Shown here one piece after another: positions 18,736 to 28,291 of a stretch of DNA of 64,000 bases (the first letter of the stretch is position 1; each line of letters opens with the position of its first letter). Source of the DNA: Nibricoccus sp. (GTDB lineage: Bacteria; Verrucomicrobiota; Verrucomicrobiia; Opitutales; Opitutaceae). Position numbers and translations under genes: made by a program. Location of the stretch: contig JASGHG010000001.1 in NCBI GenBank assembly GCA_047602425.1, positions 1,216,001-1,280,000 on the forward strand, read 5' to 3'. The notes below the pieces were generated by a model. The model had not been told where the DNA came from, searched no databases, and saw only the letters and a program-made list of their open reading frames with translations.

Positions 18736-20946
18736 ATGGAAAACGCTTTTGAGCGCGAAGAGGACCTTTTTGAAGCCGCGCGCAAATTGCCCCACAATGC
18801 CCGTCGCGAGTTTTTGAACCGACAGTGCGAGGGCGACAATGCTCTGCGCCGCCGCATTGAGGACTTGCTCGCCGCGAGCGCGGAAGCCGAACGCTTTTTC
18901 GACGATGGTGGCTCCGTTCGGATCTCACAGGAAGTGGCAGCGCAATTCACCCAAAGCGTTCGCGCCGCCTCCGGCCAGCCCGCCCATCCTCCCGGCGAAG
19001 AACCGCTCGGCAGCCGCATCGGCCGCTATAAACTCATCGAAAAACTCGGCGAAGGCGGTTGCGGCGTCGTCTACCGCGCGGAACAGGAAGAGCCCGTGCG
19101 ACGCAGCGTCGCCCTCAAGATCATCAAGCTCGGCATGGAAACCAAAAGCGTCATCGCGCGCTTCGAAGCCGAGCGTCAGGCCCTCGCCCTGATGGATCAC
19201 CCCCACATCGCCCGCGTCTACGACGCGGGCGCCACCGACCGAGGTCCACCGTACTTCGTGATGGAACTCGTGCAAGGCGTGAAGATCACCGACTATTGCG
19301 AACGCAACCGCCTTACCCTGCGCGAACGGCTGGAGATGTTCGTGCAGATTTGCCACGCGATTCAGCATGCCCATCAAAAAGGCGTCATTCACGGCGACAT
19401 CAAACCCTCGAACATCCTGGTTGCCGAACAAGACGGCACTCACATGGCCAAGGTGATCGACTTCGGCATTTCCAAAGCCACCGAAGCGCGTCTTACCGAC
19501 AAAGCGCTTTTCACCACCTATGCCCAGCTCATCGGCACGCCCGCCTACATGAGTCCCGAGCAGGCCCAGATGGGCGGCGTCGACATCGACACCCGGAGCG
19601 ACATCTACAGCCTCGGCGTGCTGCTCTACGAACTTCTCACCGGCCGCACGCCCTTCGATCCGAAGGATCTGATCAAACTCGGCCTCGACGAAATGCGCCG
19701 CATTCTTCGCGAACAGGAGCCCGCTCGCCCCTCCGTCCGGCTCAACAGCCTGTCCGATGCCGAACTTTTTAAAACCGCCAGTACGCTTTGGATGGAACCG
19801 GCGCGCCTCGTTTCGTCGATCAAGGGCGATCTCGACTGGATCGTGATGAAGGCCTTGGAAAAAGACCGCCGCCGCCGCTATGAAACCGCCAATGGCCTGG
19901 CGATGGATATTCAGCGTCATCTCGACAACGAACCCGTCATCGCGCGCCCGCCGAGCTGGGGTTACCGTTTGGAAAAACTGGTTCGTCGCAACCGCGTGGT
20001 CTTCATCGCCGGTGCCGCCGTGACCGCGGCGCTCGTGACGGGTTTGAGCATGTCGACCTGGTTGTTCTTCAAGGAACGCGAGGCCCGCGAACGCGCCGTC
20101 GCCGCCGAGCAGCAGCAAACGCGGCTCCGCCACGAATCGGAGGTTCGCGAAAAAATCACTTTCGCGTCCCTGCTCGTCAGCAAGGACAAGTTCGAAGAAG
20201 CCGATCGTTTGCTGAACGACATCGACCTCGTCACGCCCACCGTCGAAGGCGCTGCGCTTTTTCGCGCCGTCGGCGAATGGCATGCGCTTCACGGTCGCTG
20301 GCCGGATGCGGCCAAGCGCCTTTCACGCTTGATGCAACTCAATCAGCTCGATGGTTGGGATTTTGCGACGCTCGACGCTCTGCGCATCGGGCCAGCCTTG
20401 ATCGAAGATGGTGACATCGCGGCTTTCGATCGTTTTCGCGAAGAAGCCATTGCCCGTTTCATCAGCGATTCCAGCTGCCCATTTCCCGACCGTGTAATCA
20501 AAATTGTTCTCTTGGTGCCGGCCAGCCCGCAAGTTCTCGGCTCTCTGAGTCGGGCCAGCGAAGCCAATTTGAAATCTTACAAGGAAGCCGTCGCCGCCGG
20601 TGATGTTTTCCAGTCGTCGTGGCGCGCCCTTTCCCTCGGTCTTTGGGAGTATCGTCGCGGCAACCACGCCCAAGCTGTTGAGTGGACTCAAAAATGTATC
20701 GCCTGCCCCGAGTTCAATGCTCCGCGAACCGCCACCGCGCGCCTCGTCCTCGCGTTGAGTCTCTATGCGTTGGGACGCGAAGCTGAAGCCCGAGAAGAAC
20801 TGGCCGCCGCCAACGAGCTCATTGAGAGCAAACTCAAACCTCTTACCGATCGCGGCACCCCCATCCAGGGTTTTTGGTTTGATAATGCGTTTGTCCGCAT
20901 TCTCTGGCGGGAAGCTGAAAGCCATCTCAACCGCTCGCCGAAATAG
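18736..20946 (+). CDS. Membrane Hanks-type Ser/Thr kinase with extracytoplasmic helical domain
   Basis: GEGGCG, VALK, HGDIKPSN, DFG, GTPAYMSPE, one TM segment, C-terminal TPR-like helices. Confidence 0.93.
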   Translation: MENAFEREEDLFEAARKLPHNARREFLNRQCEGDNALRRRIEDLLAASAEAERFFDDGGSVRISQEVAAQFTQSVRAASGQPAHPPGEEPLGSRIGRYKLIEKLGEGGCGVVYRAEQEEPVRRSVALKIIKLGMETKSVIARFEAERQALALMDHPHIARVYDAGATDRGPPYFVMELVQGVKITDYCERNRLTLRERLEMFVQICHAIQHAHQKGVIHGDIKPSNILVAEQDGTHMAKVIDFGISKATEARLTDKALFTTYAQLIGTPAYMSPEQAQMGGVDIDTRSDIYSLGVLLYELLTGRTPFDPKDLIKLGLDEMRRILREQEPARPSVRLNSLSDAELFKTASTLWMEPARLVSSIKGDLDWIVMKALEKDRRRRYETANGLAMDIQRHLDNEPVIARPPSWGYRLEKLVRRNRVVFIAGAAVTAALVTGLSMSTWLFFKEREARERAVAAEQQQTRLRHESEVREKITFASLLVSKDKFEEADRLLNDIDLVTPTVEGAALFRAVGEWHALHGRWPDAAKRLSRLMQLNQLDGWDFATLDALRIGPALIEDGDIAAFDRFREEAIARFISDSSCPFPDRVIKIVLLVPASPQVLGSLSRASEANLKSYKEAVAAGDVFQSSWRALSLGLWEYRRGNHAQAVEWTQKCIACPEFNAPRTATARLVLALSLYALGREAEAREELAAANELIESKLKPLTDRGTPIQGFWFDNAFVRILWREAESHLNRSPK

Positions 20947-21064
20947 CTCTTGCGATTGTTTCGGCTGCCAAACGCCTGAAAAGTGAATTCCGAGTCGGGG
21001 TAATTGCCGCCGAGTTGCAAAACTGCGCCATTAAAGCAATTTAACGGGTTTATCTGCGTCGGCA

Positions 21065-21091
21065 TGTCGGCTTTTGGCCTCCATCGGCGCA
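21065..21091 (+). promoter_or_regulatory. Candidate ECF-type promoter for the TonB-dependent receptor
   Basis: TGTCGG-N17-CGCA, 57 nt before the ATG; weaker AGTCGG-N17-TGCA at 20993-21019. Confidence 0.5.
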
Positions 21092-21147
21092 ATAGAATAA
21101 GCGGGGTACGTTCCAGGGTGCCTCTTTCACCAAGAAACCCTAAAACC

Positions 21148-23955
21148 ATGTCATCAAACGAAACCTTATCGGTATCGCGTGCCGCACTATGCACGCATGC
21201 CTTCTCGCTGCGCGGAAAGTCCATTTCGCTCTGCTCCGCCCTCGTCCTCAGCCTCAGCCTCGCTGTCGGCTCCGCCCACGCTCAGGATAACCCGACCGAC
21301 AAAAAAACTGCCGATGAGCCGGTCGTGCTTGAAGAAGTTGTCGTGAAGGGCGTGCGCGCCAGCTTGATCACCGCTCAGGAGATCAAACAACAATCGCCAA
21401 CGTTCGTCGATTCCATCGTGGCCCAGGATATTGGCAAACTGCCCGACAACACGGTCGCGGATGCCCTTCAACACGTGCCCGGCATTCAAGTTGCCCGAGC
21501 CGAGGGCGAAATTGGCGGTCCAAACTCCGTCGTCATTCGCGGCTTGCCGAACATCGAGACCACCATCAATGGCTACGAAGTGTTCACCGGCACTAGTCGT
21601 GGCGTGGCGCTTCAGGATATTCCCGCGGAAATGATTTTCAGCGTCGACGCGTACAAAACAGTCGGGCCCGACCAACTCGAAGGCGGCACCTCTGGCTCGA
21701 TCGATATCCGGCTACGACGTCCGTTTAATTTCAAATCCGGGCTCAGCGTCAACGCAAACGCGCGGGGAATGCGTGGCGATCAATCGAAGAAAAACAGCTT
21801 TTTCCTGAGCGGTCTCGTGAACAATCGCTGGAAGACGTCGCTGGGAGAATTTGGCGCCTTGTTCGATTTCTCGTATGCAAAACGTCGATACGAAGATCAG
21901 GTCTTCGACAACTGGGTTCATTATCCTGAATTTTTCGACATCGCCTACGACGGCTCCGGCCAACCTGGCTATTTCGCCGACAATTTCGGTTTCCAGATTC
22001 GCCGCGGCGATCGCACACGTCCCGCCGCCCAGCTCGCACTTCAATGGAAAACCAACACCGATATCGAGCTCTATACCGAAGGCACGTACACCGGTTATAA
22101 GAACAGACACGACGTCGACTTTTTCATCGGAATCCCGAGTTGGGGCGGTTCGCGCAGCAACGTCGTCCTCTATCCTGCCGGCTACATGGGCGTGAACATT
22201 CCTGTCCGCGCACTGAATCCCGATGGCTCTCCGTCCGGACTCCCCCAAGCCGGACAACCCGCCCGCTGGGTAAAAAGTTTCACCGCCCAGGGCACCAACA
22301 CCATCATCAGCAAGCAGGCGTTCGACGATTACACGAACACTTTCCAAGGGGCAACCGGCATCAAATGGGGGAAAGACGCCCTCAAGCTCTACGGGGAAGT
22401 CAGCTACAACATCAGCATGGTCAAAACCCGCGGCGCGATCCTCGACACCATCGCGCAAAATAACAACCAGGTCTGGAACATCACCTACAACGACGGTTCG
22501 AATCCTTCGGTGCAAAGCACTGGCCTGGATTTCACTAACCCCGCCAACTTTGTCGCTACTAACTTGTTCGACCAATGGTCGAAGGCCTACAGCGCCCAAT
22601 ACGCGGGGAAGGTCGACGCCCTCCTGACGCTGCAAAACGAATTTATCAAATCGCTGAAGTTCGGCACGCGCTACGGAAGCCGCACCGTGCATTTCCACCA
22701 GGCAAATCCTGCCGCCAACTGGCGTAGCGGTTGGATCCCGGTCAACTCGGTCAGCCCGAACCTCGGCGTTGTTACCTCTAACAACCTGTTCGTTTCAACC
22801 GGCGACATGAACGTGCGCACGTGGTGGTCGCCCTCCACTGACTTCCTCCTCGACAACACCGATGCGGTGCGCGTCGCAGGCGGTTTGTCCCGGGGCAGCC
22901 CGCCAGCGGATCCCGCAAGCACCTTCAACGATGACGAAAAGACTTTGGCGTTCTACGGACTCGCCAATTACAAATTCGATATCGGTTCGTTGCCGGTCGA
23001 TGGCGTGGTCGGCGCGAGAGCCGTTCAAACCAAGCAGACGCTGGGCGCTTATCAGAACCCCGTGGACGCCAACGGAAGCAGCATCCCGGACCAGTTCAGA
23101 CCGGTATCCATCAGCAATTCGTATTGGGACACTATTCCGACGGTGACCGCCCGACTGCACTTCACGGAGAAATTGCTGTCCCGTTTTTCGTTCACGAAAA
23201 CCCAAACGCGTCCGAATTTCGGCGATCTGAATCCTGCGCTTGCGCTGTTCCACTCCGGCCCGACTTCTCAAGTTGGCACCGGCACCGGCGGCAACCCCAA
23301 GCTGGATCCGATCAAATCCACCAACTACGACCTTTCGCTGGAATACTACTTCACAAAAACGAGTCAGGCCTCGGTCACTCTTTTCGATCACAAACTCACG
23401 GGCTACGTACAAAGTTTCGCGAAGCTCGAAAACGTTGGCGGTACAAACTACCTCATCACGCGGCCCCAAAACACCGGCAAGGGCAAGCTCCGCGGCTACG
23501 AACTGAGTTATCAACAGTTCTTCGATTTCCTCTCCGTCGACGCGCTCAAGGGCCTTGGATTCCAAATCAATTACACCGGCATCACCGGCACCACCGAAAG
23601 CCCGACCACCAAGCAGCAACAGGACATCACGCAGGTCGCAAAAAAGAACTACAACGCGATCCTGATCTATGAAATCGGCGCCTTTTCCAGCCGGTTCGCG
23701 TACACCTATCGCGGTACCTATATCGACTCCTACAACCAACCGGGATTTCAACCCTCAACGGTTTACGTAGAACCGACCAAGACCCTCGATTTCTCCGCCA
23801 GCTACGCGATCACCAAACAGCTCACCCTCACCGTGGATGCCACCAACATCCTGAAAGACAAATACAAGGACCATTTTGGTCCGACGCAGATGTTCGGTCG
23901 CGATGTGCGAAACTACGATCAAACCATCGCCCTTGGTATGCGCTACAGCTACTAA
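21148..23955 (+). CDS. TonB-dependent receptor (Xanthomonas/Caulobacter sugar type)
   Basis: Signal peptide, TonB box LEEVVVKGVRASL, plug DIGKLPDNTVADALQHVPGIQ, GNPKLDP..S.NYDLSLEYYF, terminal MRYSY; start trimmed to ATG 21148. Confidence 0.93.
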   Translation: MSSNETLSVSRAALCTHAFSLRGKSISLCSALVLSLSLAVGSAHAQDNPTDKKTADEPVVLEEVVVKGVRASLITAQEIKQQSPTFVDSIVAQDIGKLPDNTVADALQHVPGIQVARAEGEIGGPNSVVIRGLPNIETTINGYEVFTGTSRGVALQDIPAEMIFSVDAYKTVGPDQLEGGTSGSIDIRLRRPFNFKSGLSVNANARGMRGDQSKKNSFFLSGLVNNRWKTSLGEFGALFDFSYAKRRYEDQVFDNWVHYPEFFDIAYDGSGQPGYFADNFGFQIRRGDRTRPAAQLALQWKTNTDIELYTEGTYTGYKNRHDVDFFIGIPSWGGSRSNVVLYPAGYMGVNIPVRALNPDGSPSGLPQAGQPARWVKSFTAQGTNTIISKQAFDDYTNTFQGATGIKWGKDALKLYGEVSYNISMVKTRGAILDTIAQNNNQVWNITYNDGSNPSVQSTGLDFTNPANFVATNLFDQWSKAYSAQYAGKVDALLTLQNEFIKSLKFGTRYGSRTVHFHQANPAANWRSGWIPVNSVSPNLGVVTSNNLFVSTGDMNVRTWWSPSTDFLLDNTDAVRVAGGLSRGSPPADPASTFNDDEKTLAFYGLANYKFDIGSLPVDGVVGARAVQTKQTLGAYQNPVDANGSSIPDQFRPVSISNSYWDTIPTVTARLHFTEKLLSRFSFTKTQTRPNFGDLNPALALFHSGPTSQVGTGTGGNPKLDPIKSTNYDLSLEYYFTKTSQASVTLFDHKLTGYVQSFAKLENVGGTNYLITRPQNTGKGKLRGYELSYQQFFDFLSVDALKGLGFQINYTGITGTTESPTTKQQQDITQVAKKNYNAILIYEIGAFSSRFAYTYRGTYIDSYNQPGFQPSTVYVEPTKTLDFSASYAITKQLTLTVDATNILKDKYKDHFGPTQMFGRDVRNYDQTIALGMRYSY

Positions 23956-23974
23956 TCGCGTTTCCTCCAATCTG

Positions 23975-24013
23975 ACGCCTGACAATCAAAGCCTTTGGTT
24001 GTCAGGCGTTTTT
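23975..24013 (+). terminator. Intrinsic terminator after the TonB-dependent receptor
   Basis: ACGCCTGACAATCAAA-GCC-TTTGGTTGTCAGGCGT followed by TTTT. Confidence 0.8.
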
Positions 24014-24177
24014 GTTTTCACAAAAGCCTTGGATGTATTCGACAGCTGGGGGCCGAGGGCTGCATCGGTTCGTAAAGCGAGGTGCGTCCACACAAAACCG
24101 GATCAACCACCAGCCAAAAAACAGCAAAATCGGCATCATTGACGGCTTCGATTCGTTGAATCGATTTCGCCCCAAAT

Positions 24178-24204
24178 TGTCGGGTTTCGCCGCTCGATAT
24201 CGCA
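24178..24204 (+). promoter_or_regulatory. Candidate ECF-type promoter for the GH43 operon
   Basis: TGTCGG-N17-CGCA, with boxes and spacing identical to the 21065 site. Confidence 0.5.
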
Positions 24205-24578
24205 TGGAGAGATGAGGCTATATTCCCCGTTTAACCTCACACACCAACCCTGTCGGCCAAGGGCCTCCCCCGAAAGCCGATGGACACCCTTCAACACCCA
24301 AGCCAATCCCCGCCATTTTTTTAGATACTAATCACTGTTCGGCGTTTCATCCCAGCTTCGCCCTTAACACCAACGCCGTTCGCAAATTACCGTTTTCGCC
24401 GGCCCCCGCGATCACGATAAGTCTCAATTTGTAAGTTATTTATTGCTATTAAATTTGGGGAGCTCAAGGGAAACTCCATGGGCGGGCCGGGGCTCGTCCA
24501 TGGAGCCAATTTCAAAACTATCCACAGCGATTCCAAAACCTCCGCGATAAAACCTGCGCCCATCCGCACAACGCACCA

Positions 24579-25610
24579 ATGTTGCCCATCTTCCACACCG
24601 TCGCCCGCCTGACCTTGGCCGCCCTTTGCGTCGCCACCAGTTTAGGCACTTCGAGCGCAAAACAAGTGAGCCCTCATGACCCCGTCATGGCGAAGGAAGG
24701 CAACACCTACTACCTTTTCAGCACCGACCCGGGCATCCGTTTCTACGCGTCGACCGACATGGTCACTTGGAAACTTGCCGATCAAGTTTTCCATACCGAA
24801 CCCACTTGGGCCAAAAAAGTTGCCCCCGGATTCAACGGACATCTCTGGGCGCCCGACATCATTCAGAAGGACGGAAAATTCTACCTTTACTACTCCGTTT
24901 CCGCCTTCGGCAAAAATACCTCCGCCATCGGAGTCACCACGAACAAAACCCTCAACCCCGCTTCACCTGATTACAAATGGGAAGATCAGGGCATCGTAAT
25001 CGAATCCGTTCCTGGCCGCGACAATTGGAACGCCATCGATCCCAACGTCGTGGTTGACGACCAAGGCACAGGTTGGATGAGCTTCGGCTCTTTTTGGGGC
25101 GGGCTGAAACTCTTCAAGCTCGACGCTAGCTGGACCAAGCCCGCCGAACCACAAGAATGGCACACAATCGCCCGCCGTGAACGCCCGGCTTTCACGGACG
25201 ATCGCACCGGCGGCCCCGCTGCCCTCGAAGCCCCTTTCATCTACAAAAAAGGCGAGTATTTTTACCTCTTCGTTTCGTGGGACCGCTGCTGCGCCGGCAA
25301 AGATAGCACCTACAAAATGGTGATCGGACGTTCGAAGGATGTTCGCGGCCCCTACCTCGACAAAACCGGCAAAGACATGGCCAAGGGCGGAGGCACGCTT
25401 CTCCTCGCCGGCAACGAAAAATGGCCCGGCCTTGGCCACAACGGCGTGTACAATTTCGACGGTAAGGACATTATAGTTTTCCACGCTTACGAAACCGCGG
25501 ACCGCGGCCTGCAAAAACTAAAAATCGCCGAACTCCTCTGGGACCAAGATGGCTGGCCCTTCATCGATCCCGCCGTGCTCGATACCTACCAAAGCGTGCT
25601 CGTGAAATAA
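24579..25610 (+). CDS. GH43 endo-1,5-alpha-L-arabinanase (ArbA/AbnA-like)
   Basis: Signal peptide, HDP, LWAPD, YYSVSAFGKNTSAIG, NAIDP, FGSFWGG, LEAPFI, WDRCC, GHN. Confidence 0.9.
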   Translation: MLPIFHTVARLTLAALCVATSLGTSSAKQVSPHDPVMAKEGNTYYLFSTDPGIRFYASTDMVTWKLADQVFHTEPTWAKKVAPGFNGHLWAPDIIQKDGKFYLYYSVSAFGKNTSAIGVTTNKTLNPASPDYKWEDQGIVIESVPGRDNWNAIDPNVVVDDQGTGWMSFGSFWGGLKLFKLDASWTKPAEPQEWHTIARRERPAFTDDRTGGPAALEAPFIYKKGEYFYLFVSWDRCCAGKDSTYKMVIGRSKDVRGPYLDKTGKDMAKGGGTLLLAGNEKWPGLGHNGVYNFDGKDIIVFHAYETADRGLQKLKIAELLWDQDGWPFIDPAVLDTYQSVLVK

Positions 25611-25661
25611 TTTTTCCGCTCTCTCGCCGCTCGTTCTCCCTGCTCCCCCGCTCCCCGCTCA

Positions 25662-27242
25662 ATGAACAACTCCCCGTCCTCGCAAAAACTTTCTTTCATC
25701 GAGAAACTCGGCTTCGGCGCCGGCGACCTCTCCATCAACGTCGTCGTCTACTCGCTCTTCATGCTCCTTCTGATTTTTCAGACGGACGTGTTCGGCCTGA
25801 CACCTGCCGACGCGGGTAAACTTGGACTACAAATTAGAGCGCTGGATGCACTGCTGGACCTGACGATGGGCGTCATCACCGACAAGTTTAATACGCGGTG
25901 GGGACGTTACCGGCCCTACCTCCTGCTCTTCGCCATTCCTTTTGGACTTTCCATCGTTCTGCTCTATACCACGCCTGATTTCACTAGCTACGCGAGCAAA
26001 CTAGTTTGGGCTTACGCGACATACGCGTTCACCATGGTTATGTTTACGGCAGTCGTGATCCCGTACATTTCGCTGCCTGGGGTCATTACCAATAGTCCTC
26101 AGGAACGGCTCTCCGCCAATGGCTATCGCCTCTTCATGGCTAAAGTTGGCGCAACCGCCTTAGCGTTCGCTGTGCCGCTACTCGTGAAAGAATGGGGCAT
26201 GGGTAATCCAGCAAAAGGATACCAACTCGCGATGGGACTAATGGGGGTTGTTGCAGCGGTTCTTCTGTTATTCTGCTTTTTTACTACAAAAGAACGAGTT
26301 CAGCACACAGCCGATAAAATCTCGCTATGGGCACAGTACAAAATGCTCATGAAAAACGATCATTGGCTTATCCTGTGTGCAGTTTGCGTTATAGGTACCA
26401 TCGGCTACGTCATCCGGACCGGCGTTGCCGCTTACTATGCTAAATACTATTTAGGCGGGGACGAAAAAGTTCTAGCGACGTTTTTAACCGTCAGCACTGT
26501 CGCATCGATTCTCGCGATGGTCGCCTCGACGTGGATCACAAAGCGCATCTGTAAACTCCAGCTCTTTCGTTGGAGCCAAATTATCGCGATGTTGATCAGC
26601 GTCGCGATGTATTTCGTGGTCAAACCAGGCGACACGATGCTGGCTTTCGTTTTCTTCTTCGTAATTTTCTTTGTCGTAGATCTCCATGCGCCCGTCTTCT
26701 GGTCATTGATCTCCGAATCCATCGACTATGGTGCCATCAAAACCGGCGAACGTGTCACGGGCCTAGCCTACGGCGGTATTTCATTTTACCAAAAAGCAGG
26801 TGGTGGTTTGGCGACTTGGATCACGAGTTATTTGCTGACGTATTGCCACTACGTGCCAAACCAAATCCAAAGTGATGGCGCGCTAAGAATGATCGCGCTG
26901 ACCACAGCAGTCATCCCGGCCATCTTTAATCTCCTTATGGCTTTGGTCATGTTTAAATACAAAATCACTGACAAATATTACCACCTGATGCTTTCGAATC
27001 CTGCCTCTGTCGATCTGCATGGCGGCAAACTAACACGCGCGACAAATCATATCCTGGCAATTGGTATCATCGCCCTGACCTGCATGTTTTTCTATTTCAT
27101 TTTGGATTCTACCGAGCTTGTGGCGTTCATGCCTCGTTGGATAGGCCTTTCGATTACCACGGCCGGGATCATCTGGCTCGTTGTCGACTACTTTAAAAAT
27201 CAGTCCGATAAGGCGCGTTCTTCCCCCGCGGTCAATAGCTAA
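25662..27242 (+). CDS. Glycoside-pentoside-hexuronide (GPH) MFS cation symporter with C-terminal extension
   Basis: EKLGFGAGD, GVITDKFNTRWGRYRPYLL, IDYG..KTGER..G, many TM segments. Confidence 0.92.
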   Translation: MNNSPSSQKLSFIEKLGFGAGDLSINVVVYSLFMLLLIFQTDVFGLTPADAGKLGLQIRALDALLDLTMGVITDKFNTRWGRYRPYLLLFAIPFGLSIVLLYTTPDFTSYASKLVWAYATYAFTMVMFTAVVIPYISLPGVITNSPQERLSANGYRLFMAKVGATALAFAVPLLVKEWGMGNPAKGYQLAMGLMGVVAAVLLLFCFFTTKERVQHTADKISLWAQYKMLMKNDHWLILCAVCVIGTIGYVIRTGVAAYYAKYYLGGDEKVLATFLTVSTVASILAMVASTWITKRICKLQLFRWSQIIAMLISVAMYFVVKPGDTMLAFVFFFVIFFVVDLHAPVFWSLISESIDYGAIKTGERVTGLAYGGISFYQKAGGGLATWITSYLLTYCHYVPNQIQSDGALRMIALTTAVIPAIFNLLMALVMFKYKITDKYYHLMLSNPASVDLHGGKLTRATNHILAIGIIALTCMFFYFILDSTELVAFMPRWIGLSITTAGIIWLVVDYFKNQSDKARSSPAVNS

Positions 27243-27271
27243 GCCCATACGATCTCTAAATCGCCTAAACC

Positions 27272-28225
27272 ATGGCCAACCTCCAAGCCCTTCTTCCTCT
27301 CATCCAGCAGCGCGCCGATCCGTGCATCCGCAAGCACACCGACGGCTATTATTATTTCGTTGCGTCGTACCCCATCTACGACCGCATCGAACTGCGTCGC
27401 GCCAAAACCATCGCCGAGCTCGCCATCGCGCAGACATCCGACGTCTGGAAAAAACCGGACATCGGTCCCTACAGCGAGCTCATCTGGGCTCCGGAAATTC
27501 ATTTCAACATGGGAGCATGGTACATCTATTTCGCCGCAGCCCCTTCGCGTGCCATCAAGGACGACCTTTTCCAACACCGCATGTACGCGATCACCACCAA
27601 CGCGGAGAACCCGTTGTGGGGAGAGTGGAAATTTTGCGGTCAGATCAATACGGGCTTCGACACGTTCTGCCTCGATGCCACGACGTTCACCCACAAAGGC
27701 GTGCTCTACTACGTCTGGGCGCAAAAAGAGCCCGGCATTCACGGCAACTCCAACCTTTACATCGCGCGCATGGAGACGCCGTGGAAACTCACGGGCAAAC
27801 ACGTGCGCATTTCCATACCCGAATACGATTGGGAAACGCACGGTTTCTCCGTCAACGAAGGCCCGTCGGTGCTCATTCGTCGCGGCCGCGTGTTTATCAC
27901 CTATTCGGGCAGCGCCACCGACGAAAACTACGCCATGGGCCTGCTCCACGCCGACGAAAACGCCGATTTGCTCGACCCAAAGAGTTGGACCAAATCGCCC
28001 AAGCCGGTCTTCCTGACCAACTTCGAGCTCGGCCTGTACGGCCCCGGCCACAACTCCTTCACCGTCGCCGAGGATGGAGTCACCGATATGCTGGTCTACC
28101 ATGCCCGCACTTATACCGAGATCAAAGGCGACCCGCTGTGGGACCCCAACCGCCACACCTATGTCAAAGCATTGAAATGGGGTTCCGATAATATGCCCAT
28201 TTTCGGCCGCCCCGGGGAAGCCTGA
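27272..28225 (+). CDS. Cytoplasmic GH43 alpha-L-arabinofuranosidase
   Basis: QRADP, IWAPEIH, FCLDATTF, VNEGP, GPGHNSF, DPNRHT; no signal peptide. Confidence 0.9.
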   Translation: MANLQALLPLIQQRADPCIRKHTDGYYYFVASYPIYDRIELRRAKTIAELAIAQTSDVWKKPDIGPYSELIWAPEIHFNMGAWYIYFAAAPSRAIKDDLFQHRMYAITTNAENPLWGEWKFCGQINTGFDTFCLDATTFTHKGVLYYVWAQKEPGIHGNSNLYIARMETPWKLTGKHVRISIPEYDWETHGFSVNEGPSVLIRRGRVFITYSGSATDENYAMGLLHADENADLLDPKSWTKSPKPVFLTNFELGLYGPGHNSFTVAEDGVTDMLVYHARTYTEIKGDPLWDPNRHTYVKALKWGSDNMPIFGRPGEA

Positions 28226-28291
28226 CTACAACCCGTCCTCGCCGAACCGATACCCAATTTACAGCACCCACAGCCTAGTTCCTTCTTCGCC

